Shown here: piece after piece, positions 48,627 to 58,418 of the stretch | How positions within the stretch are numbered: position 1 is the first letter of the stretch | Layout of the letters: each line of letters starts with the position of its first letter | Source: an uncultured Oscillospiraceae bacterium | GTDB lineage: Bacteria > Bacillota > Clostridia > Christensenellales > CAG-138 | Reading direction: 5' to 3' | NCBI GenBank assembly: GCA_964411275.1 | Contig: CAYPKG010000004.1 | Location: 672-64,671 of the forward strand | Length of the DNA: 64,000 bases | The notes under the pieces: model-generated | What the model was told of the DNA's origin: nothing | The model's input: only the letters and a program-made list of their open reading frames with translations | The model's database searches: none | Program-made: the position numbers and the translations under genes

Positions 48627-50156
48627 CTATCGATACAATTTCGCGCCCGCGAGAGCGTCCGCCGTGGGCGGGCTGTCGAATGTGAATATCTCGTATTGCT
48701 CCATATGCATATGCGGTATGGAACGCACGTATATATTGCGGCCGGGAGCGGTCGGCAAAAGCGGCGCTTGCGCGCTGTGCTCGTCCATGAGCGCGGCCAC
48801 GCTTGCGTGCACCTCTACAAGGTAATCCGCCATGGACTCCTGATGGAAGCGGTTGATCAGCGCCTTTCGCACCTTCAAAACCACTGTTTCCGGGGACGAC
48901 ACCCTTCCTGCCCCCTGGCAGTACGGGCAGGTGGTTTGCAGGGTGTTACTGATGCACTGGCGCATCTTTTTCCTGGTCATCTCCACAAGCCCCAGCTGGG
49001 TAATGCCCAGGACATTGGACTTCGTCCTGTCCTTTTTCAGTTCCGACTTCAACGTGTCCAGCACCCGTTCCTTGTCTGCGATTTCCTCCATGTCGATAAA
49101 ATCAATGATGATGATGCCGCTAATATCCCGAAGCCGCAATTGCCGGGCGATTTCCTTGGCGGCCTGGCAATTGGCCTCTGTGATGGTCTCCTGTAAATTG
49201 TCAGTCCCTACATACCTTCCGGTATTCACGTCGATACTGGTGAGGGCTTCCGTCTGGTCGATCACGATGTAACCGCCGTTGCTCAGCCATACCTTGCGGG
49301 CCAAGGCCTTTTCGATCTTTGCCTCCAGGTCAAAGCGGTCGAAGAGATCCTCCTCCCCCTGATACAGCACCACACAGTCTTTCAACTGAGGGGATATGAT
49401 GTTGGCCACGATCTGCACCCGCTCGTAAAACTCTTGATCGTTGATGGTAAGCCGCTGGATGTCCGGGGTGAATAAATCCCGGATGGTGCGGAATATCAAT
49501 GGTTCCTCCGCGTGCAAAAGCCTTGGAGCGCTGACAAGCTTCATCTTTTGCTGGATGCGCTGCCACAGACGCGCTAAAAACGTGATGTCCCCGCGAAACT
49601 CCTCCTCGGTTTTGCCCTCCGCGGCGGTGCGCACAATCACGCCCATTTCCGGGGGCTTGACTTCGTCAAGAATGGTGCGAAGCCTGGCGCGCTCCTGCTC
49701 GTTGCTGATGCGCCGGGAGACGCCCACATAGTTTACCGTAGGCATCAGCACCAGCGTGCGTCCCGGCAGGGTAATGTGGGTAGTAACGCGGGCGCCTTTG
49801 GTGCCTACAGGCTCCTTTAGCACCTGCACCATGATTTCCTGTCCGGGTTTTACGATGTCCTTGATGTTGGCAGGGCCGATTTTGATGTCATCGTCCTTTT
49901 GATGATCTCCGAATTGAAAATCAGACCGGTCGATTTGAATATCGCCCGCGTACAAAAACGCATTGCGCTCCAGGCCAATATCCACGAACGCCGCCTGCAT
50001 GCCGGGCAATACGTTTTGCACCCGCCCAGAATAGATATTGCCTACCAGCCGCTCGTGTCCCCGGCGCTCGATATAGATCTCGCTGGGGGCGCCGTCCTCC
50101 AGAAGCACCACTCTTGTCTGATAAGGGTTGATGTCCACAACGATTTCTTTGTTCAT
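48627..50156 (-). CDS. rng: Rne/Rng family ribonuclease (RNase G/E catalytic domain)
   Basis: N-terminal S1 domain (GNIYSGRVQNVLPGMQAAFVDIG), DNase-I-like core, zinc-link CPYCQG. Confidence 0.88.
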   Translation of the reverse strand: MNKEIVVDINPYQTRVVLLEDGAPSEIYIERRGHERLVGNIYSGRVQNVLPGMQAAFVDIGLERNAFLYAGDIQIDRSDFQFGDHQKDDDIKIGPANIKDIVKPGQEIMVQVLKEPVGTKGARVTTHITLPGRTLVLMPTVNYVGVSRRISNEQERARLRTILDEVKPPEMGVIVRTAAEGKTEEEFRGDITFLARLWQRIQQKMKLVSAPRLLHAEEPLIFRTIRDLFTPDIQRLTINDQEFYERVQIVANIISPQLKDCVVLYQGEEDLFDRFDLEAKIEKALARKVWLSNGGYIVIDQTEALTSIDVNTGRYVGTDNLQETITEANCQAAKEIARQLRLRDISGIIIIDFIDMEEIADKERVLDTLKSELKKDRTKSNVLGITQLGLVEMTRKKMRQCISNTLQTTCPYCQGAGRVSSPETVVLKVRKALINRFHQESMADYLVEVHASVAALMDEHSAQAPLLPTAPGRNIYVRSIPHMHMEQYEIFTFDSPPTADALAGAKLYR

Positions 50157-50247
50157 AAATTTACCTCTTTACGGCCTTTTAGCCTAATCAATATAATCCG
50201 AACCCGCCGAACACGGCATCGTTTGCCGGATTGCAGCGTGGCTTAAT

Positions 50248-50907
50248 CTAAGCAATATAACCCGGAAAAAGGTCGGTATTTTCGAAGTAAAGGCCGCGGC
50301 GGTGAACGCGATAGGCGCAGGGCTCCTTCGCCTCGGACAAAAGCGCCTGCAAAAACAGGCCCATGTTCAGCCCTCCATTTACGTTCAACACGCCGAGAAC
50401 CGTGAGGACATCCCCGGCAAACGCAGCGTCAAGCACCTGGGGGGCGATATCCACCTGGCGCATGCCGCCCTTGGTGCGCTTTGAAACGACGATGGGGCCG
50501 CTCAACAGCCCGGAAAGAACCGGCGTGAGCCTCTCTCCCGCATGCTCCAGGTCGAATTGCACTTCATACAATGCGCTGTGGGTCAGCGCCGTCAACGCAG
50601 GCAACTCCTCCGGAGCGCATTTGGCGTCGAGAATAGAAAATCCATCCGGCAAACACGGGTTTAGCGCCGCCATGAATTCCTCCGGCCTCATGTCCCGGTC
50701 CAGCCGCACATCCAACCATTCGGCCTCGCTGCTAAAGCCCACTGCCAGCGCCGAGGCAAACGCCATAATCGGATGCGGGTTAAATCCTTTCGAATACGCA
50801 AGGGGCAGGTTTGCGCGGCGCATGGCCCGCTGCAACAGTCTTTGCACATCCAGATGTGAAATAAAGCGAAGGGACCCGCCCTTAGCGTAATTTGCAATAA
50901 TTCGCAT
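50248..50907 (-). CDS. TIGR03936-type (DUF2344) radical-SAM-associated protein
   Basis: RFISHLDVQRLLQRAMRRA pattern. The ATG at 50907 with a GGAGAAG RBS lies inside the 3' end of the upstream gene (26-nt overlap). Confidence 0.7.
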   Translation of the reverse strand: MRIIANYAKGGSLRFISHLDVQRLLQRAMRRANLPLAYSKGFNPHPIMAFASALAVGFSSEAEWLDVRLDRDMRPEEFMAALNPCLPDGFSILDAKCAPEELPALTALTHSALYEVQFDLEHAGERLTPVLSGLLSGPIVVSKRTKGGMRQVDIAPQVLDAAFAGDVLTVLGVLNVNGGLNMGLFLQALLSEAKEPCAYRVHRRGLYFENTDLFPGYIA

Positions 50908-52777
50908 ATTCTTCTCCAAAGCAGCCGTTGCAGCCCTCGCGGCAGTCTTTCGTGATAATACCGGACATGGCCTTATTCAACTCGTTTTGTAAATACTCCG
51001 TACTCACCAGCATATTCACATGCTCCCAGGGCAGCCGCTCATTAGTCGTTCGGGATCGATGGGCATAAAACGCCGGATCCAGCCCGCAGGCGGCAAACGC
51101 TTCTTTCCAGGCCTGGGGCCTAAAATGCTCATCCCAGGAGTCAAACCGGCAACCTAAGGCGTGAGCCGCTTCCAGGACGGAGGAAAGCCGCCTGTCCCCC
51201 CGGGAGAACGCCGCTTCCAGCACGCTTAAATCCGATGTGTGGTAGTGAAATTCAGCGCCGCGAATGCCTTTCATGGCCTGTTTTAGAAGCTGCTGCTTGC
51301 GTTTCAATTCCTCCATAGTGTTCTGCGGTTCCCACTGGAAGGGCGTAAACGGCTTTGGCACAAAGGAGGAGGCGCTGATTGTAAGCCGCAGGCCCTTGCC
51401 CCGGCTTTCTTTGGGGATGCTATAATAAAGCCGGCTGACTTTTCTTGCAAGATCCGCAATGCCCACAACATCCTCGTCCGTCTCCCCAGGCAGGCCGATC
51501 ATGAAATACAGCTTTACCCCGCTCCATCCGGCCTCGAACGCGTCGCCCATGGCGCGCATCAGGTCGTCTTCGGTCACACCCTTGTTGATGATATCCCTAA
51601 GGCGTTGGGTACCCGCCTCCGGCGCGAATGTCAATCCGCCTTTTCGCACCTCCTGCATGCGCTCCAAATCCTCGCGGATGAACTTGTCCACCCGCAAGGA
51701 CGGCAGGGAAACCGAAACCCGCCTTGCCTGCATGCTGTCCAAAAGCTCCGGCACCAGCTCGTGAATGGCGGAATAATCGCTAGAGCTTAGTGACAGCAGC
51801 GAGATTTCATCATATCCCGTACAGTCCAGCAGCTCCCGCGCCTGGGCCATCAATGTATCCTTCTTCTTCTCCCGCACCGGCCTGTAAATATACCCAGCCT
51901 GACAAAATCGGCAGCCCCGGGTACAGCCCCGAAACAGTTCTAATGACAGCCGGTCATGGACGATATTGAGATATGGAACGATGGGTTTTCCTAGATACGC
52001 GGCGCCGTCAAGGTCCATCACCACACGGCGGGTAATTGTATCCGGCGCTGCGGGCGCAAGTTTGTTGAGACCCGCGTACATGCCGTCCGCCTCATATTGA
52101 GGTTCATAAAAGCTTGGAACGTACACCCCGGGAATTCGGCTGATGCGAAGCAGCAATTCCTTCTTCGTCTCCCCCGCCTCCCGAGACGCGAGAACCGCAT
52201 CCGCCAGCTCCACGATCATTTCCTCGCCGTCGCCGATCATAACAGCGTCCATAAAGTCCGCAATGGGCTCCGGATTACAGGCGCATGGCCCGCCGCACAC
52301 GACAAGCGGCGCGTCCTCGCCCCTGTCGGCGCTTCTATAAGGGATGCCCGCCAGGGACAGCATCGTCAGGATATTGGTATAGCACATCTCATAGAGCAAA
52401 GAAAAGCCGATCACGTCAAACGAGTTGAGCCCGCGCTTGGTTTCCAGGGAAAACAGGGGCAGGTTTTCTTCTTTTAGCCGCGCCTCCATATCCGTCCAGG
52501 GAGCGAATACCCTCTCACAGGCGATGCCGTCACGTGCGTTTAATACATGGTATAGGATGCGAGAACCCAAATGGGACATGCCGATTTCATAAACATCCGG
52601 AAAGCAAAGCGCAAAGCGCAGCCGTGCGCTCTCTTTGACGATGCTGTTCCACTCGCCGCCGATGTAACGGGCAGGGTTTTCCACGCCCGAGCTCAGCAGC
52701 CGGTCCAGTACTTGCTGCTTCAAAAGCATTTCCTCCAAAGTAACCCTAAATTTGCCTATATTATAGTGTACCATCAT
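50882..52777 (-). CDS. TIGR03960-type B12-binding-domain radical SAM protein of unknown function
   Basis: CTRGCRFCQAG radical SAM motif after an N-terminal B12-binding-like domain; 631 aa. The start codon is uncertain. Confidence 0.75.
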   Translation of the reverse strand: MMVHYNIGKFRVTLEEMLLKQQVLDRLLSSGVENPARYIGGEWNSIVKESARLRFALCFPDVYEIGMSHLGSRILYHVLNARDGIACERVFAPWTDMEARLKEENLPLFSLETKRGLNSFDVIGFSLLYEMCYTNILTMLSLAGIPYRSADRGEDAPLVVCGGPCACNPEPIADFMDAVMIGDGEEMIVELADAVLASREAGETKKELLLRISRIPGVYVPSFYEPQYEADGMYAGLNKLAPAAPDTITRRVVMDLDGAAYLGKPIVPYLNIVHDRLSLELFRGCTRGCRFCQAGYIYRPVREKKKDTLMAQARELLDCTGYDEISLLSLSSSDYSAIHELVPELLDSMQARRVSVSLPSLRVDKFIREDLERMQEVRKGGLTFAPEAGTQRLRDIINKGVTEDDLMRAMGDAFEAGWSGVKLYFMIGLPGETDEDVVGIADLARKVSRLYYSIPKESRGKGLRLTISASSFVPKPFTPFQWEPQNTMEELKRKQQLLKQAMKGIRGAEFHYHTSDLSVLEAAFSRGDRRLSSVLEAAHALGCRFDSWDEHFRPQAWKEAFAACGLDPAFYAHRSRTTNERLPWEHVNMLVSTEYLQNELNKAMSGIITKDCREGCNGCFGEEYANYCKLR

Positions 52778-52789
52778 CAGAAAGCCCGG

Positions 52790-53695
52790 TCAATGTGAAG
52801 CTTTACGCGAATGTGCAGATGATTTTCGATCCTGGAGCAGCTCTCCCACCGTCACCTGCGTGCCTTTGGCGGCCACCCCTGCGAAAATGCCGCCCTCATC
52901 CAGTTCCCCCACTGCCCCCATATCGTCCCCAACCACCAATATGAGGTTGTAATGATTGTCGGCCAACTGGCCGATCACATCGGAAGCGGGGGTTTTTTCG
53001 TGCATTGCGATGTGCCTGAGGGGTACGGCTTCTCCCCAGCGCAGGGTATCCTTCCGCCGAAGCATAGCTTCAAGCCGTACCTGGGGAATGCGCGTCAGCT
53101 CGCGGATAGCACAGATCACAAGGAAAATCCCCATCATCGCCATTGTGGCCTGCAGCGTGCCGCTTAGAAAATAATAAACGCTCATGCCGGTTAGCACAGC
53201 GCCAAAAAGCACCCCCAGCCAGGCGGTGATCATTGTGGCCAGCCGCGCGCGCAAAAACCGTGACAGCAGCGCCCTTACAATACGCCCGCCGTCCAATGGA
53301 AGCGCGGGCATCAAATTCAATGTTGCCAGCATGAGGTTTGCCTGCATAAAGTCGGAAAGCGCAGGGGAAAACGTTTCCCTAAGGTTCAGCATCATACCGC
53401 AGCCGGACGCCACCACCATGCTGCACACAGGGCCGGCGGCAGCGATGGCCAGCTCTGCGGGCAGGTTGGGGGTTCCGGATACCCGCGCGACGCCGCCAAA
53501 CGGCATAATTTCAATAGAGGAAACCCGGTATCCCATGCCCGCCGCGATCAGCGCATGGCTTGTTTCATGTAATAGCAAAGCCCCAAGGCCCAGCATCAGC
53601 TGTTGAAACGTGCCGAGAACATACGCGCCAAAGAGAACCAGCGCAAGGAGCGGGTTGATATGCACCTGTGTCCCCCGGACGCGAAAAGCCCTCAT
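52790..53695 (-). CDS. spoIVFB: site-2 (M50) intramembrane metalloprotease with a CBS-like tail, SpoIVFB-type
   Basis: HETSHAL HExxH motif within a TM helix and NLMPALPLDGGR motif. ATG overlaps the upstream stop (ATGA). Confidence 0.8.
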   Translation of the reverse strand: MRAFRVRGTQVHINPLLALVLFGAYVLGTFQQLMLGLGALLLHETSHALIAAGMGYRVSSIEIMPFGGVARVSGTPNLPAELAIAAAGPVCSMVVASGCGMMLNLRETFSPALSDFMQANLMLATLNLMPALPLDGGRIVRALLSRFLRARLATMITAWLGVLFGAVLTGMSVYYFLSGTLQATMAMMGIFLVICAIRELTRIPQVRLEAMLRRKDTLRWGEAVPLRHIAMHEKTPASDVIGQLADNHYNLILVVGDDMGAVGELDEGGIFAGVAAKGTQVTVGELLQDRKSSAHSRKASH

Positions 53696-54372
53696 GTACT
53701 GAGCACCAGATCAAAATAGTTCCCCGGTTCCTGGGGCCTGCCCTCCAGCAATACCCCAAGACAGAGCGTTCCCTCGTCCCCTAAAATACCAAGGGTGTCC
53801 AGCCGGCGGATCGGCTGCCCCACCTCAACTAAGACCTCGTTAAGGCCATAGTATACCGTTTCCAAATCCCCCTGGTGCATCAACCTGACATACGGCCCAA
53901 GCACCGGGTCCGTACCCACGGCGCGCACCTCTCCCGGGGCAGAGGCCACCACCTCCGCTCCAGGCGCACCTTCCCATTTGGCAAGGCATTCCTGGTCGAT
54001 CAGGCTGACAGAAGGCGCGTTCACCGCAAGGGACATCTTCGCGCTGTCCCCGGAAAACACCTCCAGCAACCCCGGAAGCTCAACAAATTGAAGTTTCCCC
54101 AGCATTTCATCCATCTCCGTCTGGGTGTTCAAAACCTCCCGCACCTCATCCACCATTGTATTGGTGAAGGGCATGTCTATGGCCTGTAGCCCTAATACCA
54201 GAAGGGCGGCTACACAGCAAATCCCCACTTTGATCATCATCTGTCCCCCGCCATTTATTTGCCACCGGGCCTTTTTTCGGCGCGGGCTTTTTTTTCGTCC
54301 GGTGCCGCTTCTCGCGCGAACCCGGGTACCGTTTTCCCGTGTGACAAAGGGCGTCAGCTCCATACGCTGCAT
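53692..54372 (-). CDS. M23/LytM-domain membrane protein, SpoIVFA-like
   Basis: Basic cytoplasmic N-terminus, one TM helix, C-terminal LytM-like domain. Translationally coupled to spoIVFB. Confidence 0.6.
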   Translation of the reverse strand: MQRMELTPFVTRENGTRVRARSGTGRKKSPRRKKARWQINGGGQMMIKVGICCVAALLVLGLQAIDMPFTNTMVDEVREVLNTQTEMDEMLGKLQFVELPGLLEVFSGDSAKMSLAVNAPSVSLIDQECLAKWEGAPGAEVVASAPGEVRAVGTDPVLGPYVRLMHQGDLETVYYGLNEVLVEVGQPIRRLDTLGILGDEGTLCLGVLLEGRPQEPGNYFDLVLST

Positions 54373-54445
54373 CCCAAATCCCCCCTCGCTTTGCCTGTAT
54401 CTTATCTATATGCATCAGGCATTGGCGCAATGTCGAAGAGCCACG

Positions 54446-54464
54446 AAAAAGCCCCGGGCTTTTC
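54446..54464 (-). terminator. possible terminator after rodA
   Basis: AAAAGCC-cgg-GGCTTTT palindrome. The short stem and embedded U-run make this weak. Confidence 0.35.
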
Positions 54465-54512
54465 ACCCAGGGCACAGGCCATCGATAGAGTTGGCGGCAA
54501 AATGGCATTCTG

Positions 54513-55679
54513 CTACCATCGCTGCTGTCGCCGCAACCAGACGTTCAGCACAATTCCAACCGCCATCATATTCGCCAGCAGGTTGGAGCCCCCATAACTG
54601 ATAAACGGCAGCGGAATGCCCGTCACAGGCATCAGCCCAAGCGTCATGCCGATGTTTTCAAACACATGGGCCAGCATCATGCCCATGCAGCCCACCACAA
54701 GGCAGGTGCCCAGGGCATCCTTTGCGTGCAGCGCCACCCACAGCCAGCGGAACAAAAGCACAAAATACACGATGATCAGGATGGAGCCGCCGACAAACCC
54801 CAATCCCTCCGCAATGCTGGAGAATATGAAGTCCGTATGCCGCTCCGGCACATACTTCAATTGCGCCAAAGTTCCCTCGGTAAAATACCCCTTACCGGTC
54901 ATCTGTCCAGAGCCGATCGATTCCTTGCTTCTGAGCACATGCATGGCATTGCCCTGGGGATCCGCAGCCTCCAGATTGATGAACACATCGATGCGCTCCC
55001 TCTGGGTATCGGAAAGAATATAAAAATAGCTTACCGGCAGTATGATTGCCATCCCCGCGATTGCGGCGATGATGAATTTCCAGCTGAGCTTGCCAACAAA
55101 CAGGATACAGGCAAACACGCAAAGCAGCACGAAGGCCGTGCCCATGTCCGGCTGCGCAATGATCAGCCCAAAGGGAATAAGGAAATACATCAGCGCGATC
55201 GCCAGATCGCGAATGCTTTTGACGCCCCCGTCCCGTTCCATACATCCTGCCACAAACTGGGCGACCATGATCGTCATGGTGACCTTACATACCTCCGACG
55301 GCTGAAACGCCCGGGCGCCCAGATCAAACCAGCCCATAACGCCGCGGCTGGATACCCGGGCGGCAAGCAGGATCACCAGCAGCGCAATGTTTCCAATGTA
55401 CACGTATTTGATCACGAGTTTATACAGATGATAGTCCACCGCCAGCATCACCAACAAGGCCGCCAGACCCACGAGGAAATTGACTACCTGCTTTTGCACA
55501 TACTCGAAATTCAGATTGCCCATTATGCCCGCAAGCCCCGCCTCTTCGTCCCCGGTAAAGGGATCCGCCCAGACATTCGCGATGGAAATCAGCCCAAACA
55601 GCACCAGCCCCAATACGATGAGGATGGTGATCCAGTCTATGCCGTGAAATTTCTGTCTGGCTTCGCGTTCACTGCGCAC
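54513..55679 (-). CDS. rodA: FtsW/RodA/SpoVE family peptidoglycan glycosyltransferase (RodA-like)
   Basis: Ten-TM SEDS pattern (PSE..K, QPDMGTA, LPFISYGGS). GTG start 8 nt after GGAGG. Confidence 0.85.
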   Translation of the reverse strand: MRSEREARQKFHGIDWITILIVLGLVLFGLISIANVWADPFTGDEEAGLAGIMGNLNFEYVQKQVVNFLVGLAALLVMLAVDYHLYKLVIKYVYIGNIALLVILLAARVSSRGVMGWFDLGARAFQPSEVCKVTMTIMVAQFVAGCMERDGGVKSIRDLAIALMYFLIPFGLIIAQPDMGTAFVLLCVFACILFVGKLSWKFIIAAIAGMAIILPVSYFYILSDTQRERIDVFINLEAADPQGNAMHVLRSKESIGSGQMTGKGYFTEGTLAQLKYVPERHTDFIFSSIAEGLGFVGGSILIIVYFVLLFRWLWVALHAKDALGTCLVVGCMGMMLAHVFENIGMTLGLMPVTGIPLPFISYGGSNLLANMMAVGIVLNVWLRRQQRW

Positions 55680-55745
55680 GCGTTACTCCTCCGATTTCGG
55701 CTTTAGGTTTTCCTTACAGGCGGCAAATTCGCCACCCTCACATCA

Positions 55746-56900
55746 TCATTTCAGGTCCAGGTCAAACCATTCCAGCACCTGATCGTAAATCAGTTCATAT
55801 TTTTCCACCGTGTCCTGCCGGATGATGGGCATGTTTACCCGGGTTCTTTCAGGCACGCTCTGCCCGCACAGCACCCGGTCGAGAGCCATCAAGCCCTGTG
55901 CGCAGGCTGTATAGTATGGTTCTGCGACAAAAGCGTAAATATCGTTGGATTTTATAAGCGCTATATTTTCTTTCAGAAGGCCCATGCCCGCCACGGTAAT
56001 GTTGATGGTCTTGGTGAGCCCCTCCGGGACAGGCGTAGCGCCTGGGCGCGGGGTAACAACCGCCGCTTCCTGGCTATCTGGTGTGGTAACCGCGGCGGCC
56101 TCAGGCGCGCCGTTTGCCCTAAAGTCCCGTTTGGCCTTTTCCCGGCCCTCTGCCGCGACGCCGGTTCCCTCTGGGTCCGTGCAAAACAGGCCTTTCACAT
56201 CCCGGTTCCACAGGAGATAGGTGGATAGCTCTTCAATGGCCGCCTCGTCGGAAATGGCCTTGCGGACGAACTGATCCACATTATATTGGGGGTAATACGT
56301 TGTAATGGCCGTTGTAAACGCATCGTATACCGTCTTCGGGTTTTTTCCGTAAACCAGTATTTTCCCGAGCTTGCATTCGCGTTCCACCATGCGCTCGGCA
56401 ATGCCCAGGGCGACCTCCTCGCTATAGCCGGAAAGATCCGCCACCGTATTCGCGGCAACGCCAGGCTGCTTCGTCTCATAATAGGGAACCACAACCGGGA
56501 TGGAAAGCGCAATTGCCCTGGCGATGGCCTCTTTGTTGCTCTCCTGTGGGTTCCAGATTAAAAGCCCCTTACAGCCGTCTGCATTCGCCTGATCCACCGC
56601 CGCTTCCGCTTCCTTCCCATAGGCGCTATGATAAAGCTTGGCCGGATACCCCAGGTTTTCCGCCGTGCGTAAAAATCCGTGCATGGCGGCGCATGCCTCA
56701 AACGTACCCTCGCTGGGGATAATAAAGCCAACCAGCGTGCTGGAGGTGCGAATGCCGGGCGTGGACTTGAGCGCGGCGTCCGCCTCGGGTGCAGGCGTCG
56801 CCTCTGGAAGTCCGGCGTCCTGCGCGCCACAGCCAAGGAGCAACAGCAACGCGAGAACAGATGACAAAAATGCGAACCCTCGACCGTATTTCAAGCGCAT
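55746..56900 (-). CDS. type-1 periplasmic-binding-fold lipoprotein (sugar-binding-like), orphan
   Basis: Lipobox LLLLGC followed by a PBP1 pattern (VGFIIPSEG..., IPVVVPYYE). No ABC permease or ATPase genes are adjacent. Start is ATG 56900 or TTG 56894. Confidence 0.6.
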   Translation of the reverse strand: MRLKYGRGFAFLSSVLALLLLLGCGAQDAGLPEATPAPEADAALKSTPGIRTSSTLVGFIIPSEGTFEACAAMHGFLRTAENLGYPAKLYHSAYGKEAEAAVDQANADGCKGLLIWNPQESNKEAIARAIALSIPVVVPYYETKQPGVAANTVADLSGYSEEVALGIAERMVERECKLGKILVYGKNPKTVYDAFTTAITTYYPQYNVDQFVRKAISDEAAIEELSTYLLWNRDVKGLFCTDPEGTGVAAEGREKAKRDFRANGAPEAAAVTTPDSQEAAVVTPRPGATPVPEGLTKTINITVAGMGLLKENIALIKSNDIYAFVAEPYYTACAQGLMALDRVLCGQSVPERTRVNMPIIRQDTVEKYELIYDQVLEWFDLDLK

Positions 56901-56974
56901 ACCTCCTATGTCCAGTGCTCTTATTCTAACAGGAAAAGGACGGCCCTGCCATCCTTTCCCCCGCAAATTTACAT

Positions 56975-58408
56975 TTAGATCACATACGCCGCCTGTTTTT
57001 CAGGCCGCGCGTTCAGCTCCGCCTTCTTCAGGTCAAAACCGGGCTTGCCCAATAGGGCGTATGTGGCGTCTTTCCCTTCCTCAACTCCAGGCTGGTCGAA
57101 TGCGTTGATGTCAAGAAGCTCTCCGGCGAAGGCCGTCTGTATTTCAAAAAGATAGAGAAGCTCTCCTACCGTAAACGGGTTCACCTCAGGCAATGTGATG
57201 GTATGGCTCATGTGCCCGCTTTTCATGACGGCATATTCCGTCGCCAGCTGTTCCGCCGCGATAAGCTCATTGAGGGAATGGCCGCACAGGAAGGACACGT
57301 CTGGGATGTCCGAAAATCCTTCCGGGATTGCTACCTCCACCCGGTATCGATCCACGCCAAGGAACGTGATTACTTTGTCAAAGGGGCCTTCGGTATACAG
57401 CTGCACCTGGCTGTGCTGATCCGTCACCCCAAGGGCTTTTACCGGGGTTTGGCCCGCATGCACCACGTTGCCGCTGTTGTCCGTGCGCTTGCCCAGGGAC
57501 TCCGCCCACATCTGGGCATACCAGTCCGCCATGTACTTCAGGCTGTCCGCGTAGGGCATCAGCACGCTGATGTTACAGCCCTTATTTTTCATTGCGATAT
57601 ACTGCAATGTTGCCAGCATGTACGCAGGATTGCGCCACACATCCCGGGTCTTACACAGCTCGTCCATATATTTTGCGCCCGCCAGCAACTCCTCAATATC
57701 GATGCCGCATACCGCCGCCGCCAGCAAGCCGACTGGGCTAAGTTCGCTGAAGCGGCCGCCAACACCATCCGGCACATAGTAGGTTTTTAACCCCAGCTGC
57801 CGGGCGATTTTGATGAGGTTGCCCTTGTTCTCGTCTGTGGTGGCGATGATATGCTCAGGAAGCTTTTCGGCTCCCAGCTTTTGTGTGATGAGGGAAGTGA
57901 CGATCAGCAGCTGGCTCATGGTTTCGCTGGTGCCGCCGGACTTTGTGATGACGTTGAACATGGTATTCTCCACATCGATTATGTCGAGAAGCGCCGCCAT
58001 GCGTTCCGGGTCCACGTTATCCTCCACATAGAGCCGGGGGCCGCCCCGCCGCTGTGCTGAGAGGTCGTTGTAATGCAGGTGGTTGAGGGCCTGCTGCACG
58101 GCGATAGGGCCAAGGGCGCTGCCGCCGATGCCCAGCACCACAAAGTTTTCATACCGGCCGGCGATCTCCTTCGCGGTTTTCTGAATGTCCGCCACGATTT
58201 CGTCCTGGTTGTAGGGAAGCGCGCGCCATTTCAGGCTTTCACGCTTGTCCACCATGCCCTCATGGGCCTTTTCCAGCAATGGCGCAAGGGCAAGCATCTC
58301 GTCCTTGTCAATCCCCTTTTCGCCAAGCGTGTCGGCCATCATGTTGTTAAAATCCACCTTAAGGCGCATGCTCTCGCGCCAGCCTTGCTCTTGAAACCGT
58401 TTCATCAT
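56975..58408 (-). CDS. pgi: glucose-6-phosphate isomerase
   Basis: SIS-domain pattern (VVLGIGGSALGP, TKSGGTSET). Start set to the ATG at 58408 (GGAGG 6 nt upstream). Confidence 0.9.
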   Translation of the reverse strand: MMKRFQEQGWRESMRLKVDFNNMMADTLGEKGIDKDEMLALAPLLEKAHEGMVDKRESLKWRALPYNQDEIVADIQKTAKEIAGRYENFVVLGIGGSALGPIAVQQALNHLHYNDLSAQRRGGPRLYVEDNVDPERMAALLDIIDVENTMFNVITKSGGTSETMSQLLIVTSLITQKLGAEKLPEHIIATTDENKGNLIKIARQLGLKTYYVPDGVGGRFSELSPVGLLAAAVCGIDIEELLAGAKYMDELCKTRDVWRNPAYMLATLQYIAMKNKGCNISVLMPYADSLKYMADWYAQMWAESLGKRTDNSGNVVHAGQTPVKALGVTDQHSQVQLYTEGPFDKVITFLGVDRYRVEVAIPEGFSDIPDVSFLCGHSLNELIAAEQLATEYAVMKSGHMSHTITLPEVNPFTVGELLYLFEIQTAFAGELLDINAFDQPGVEEGKDATYALLGKPGFDLKKAELNARPEKQAAYVI

Positions 58409-58418
58409 GAAAATCCTC

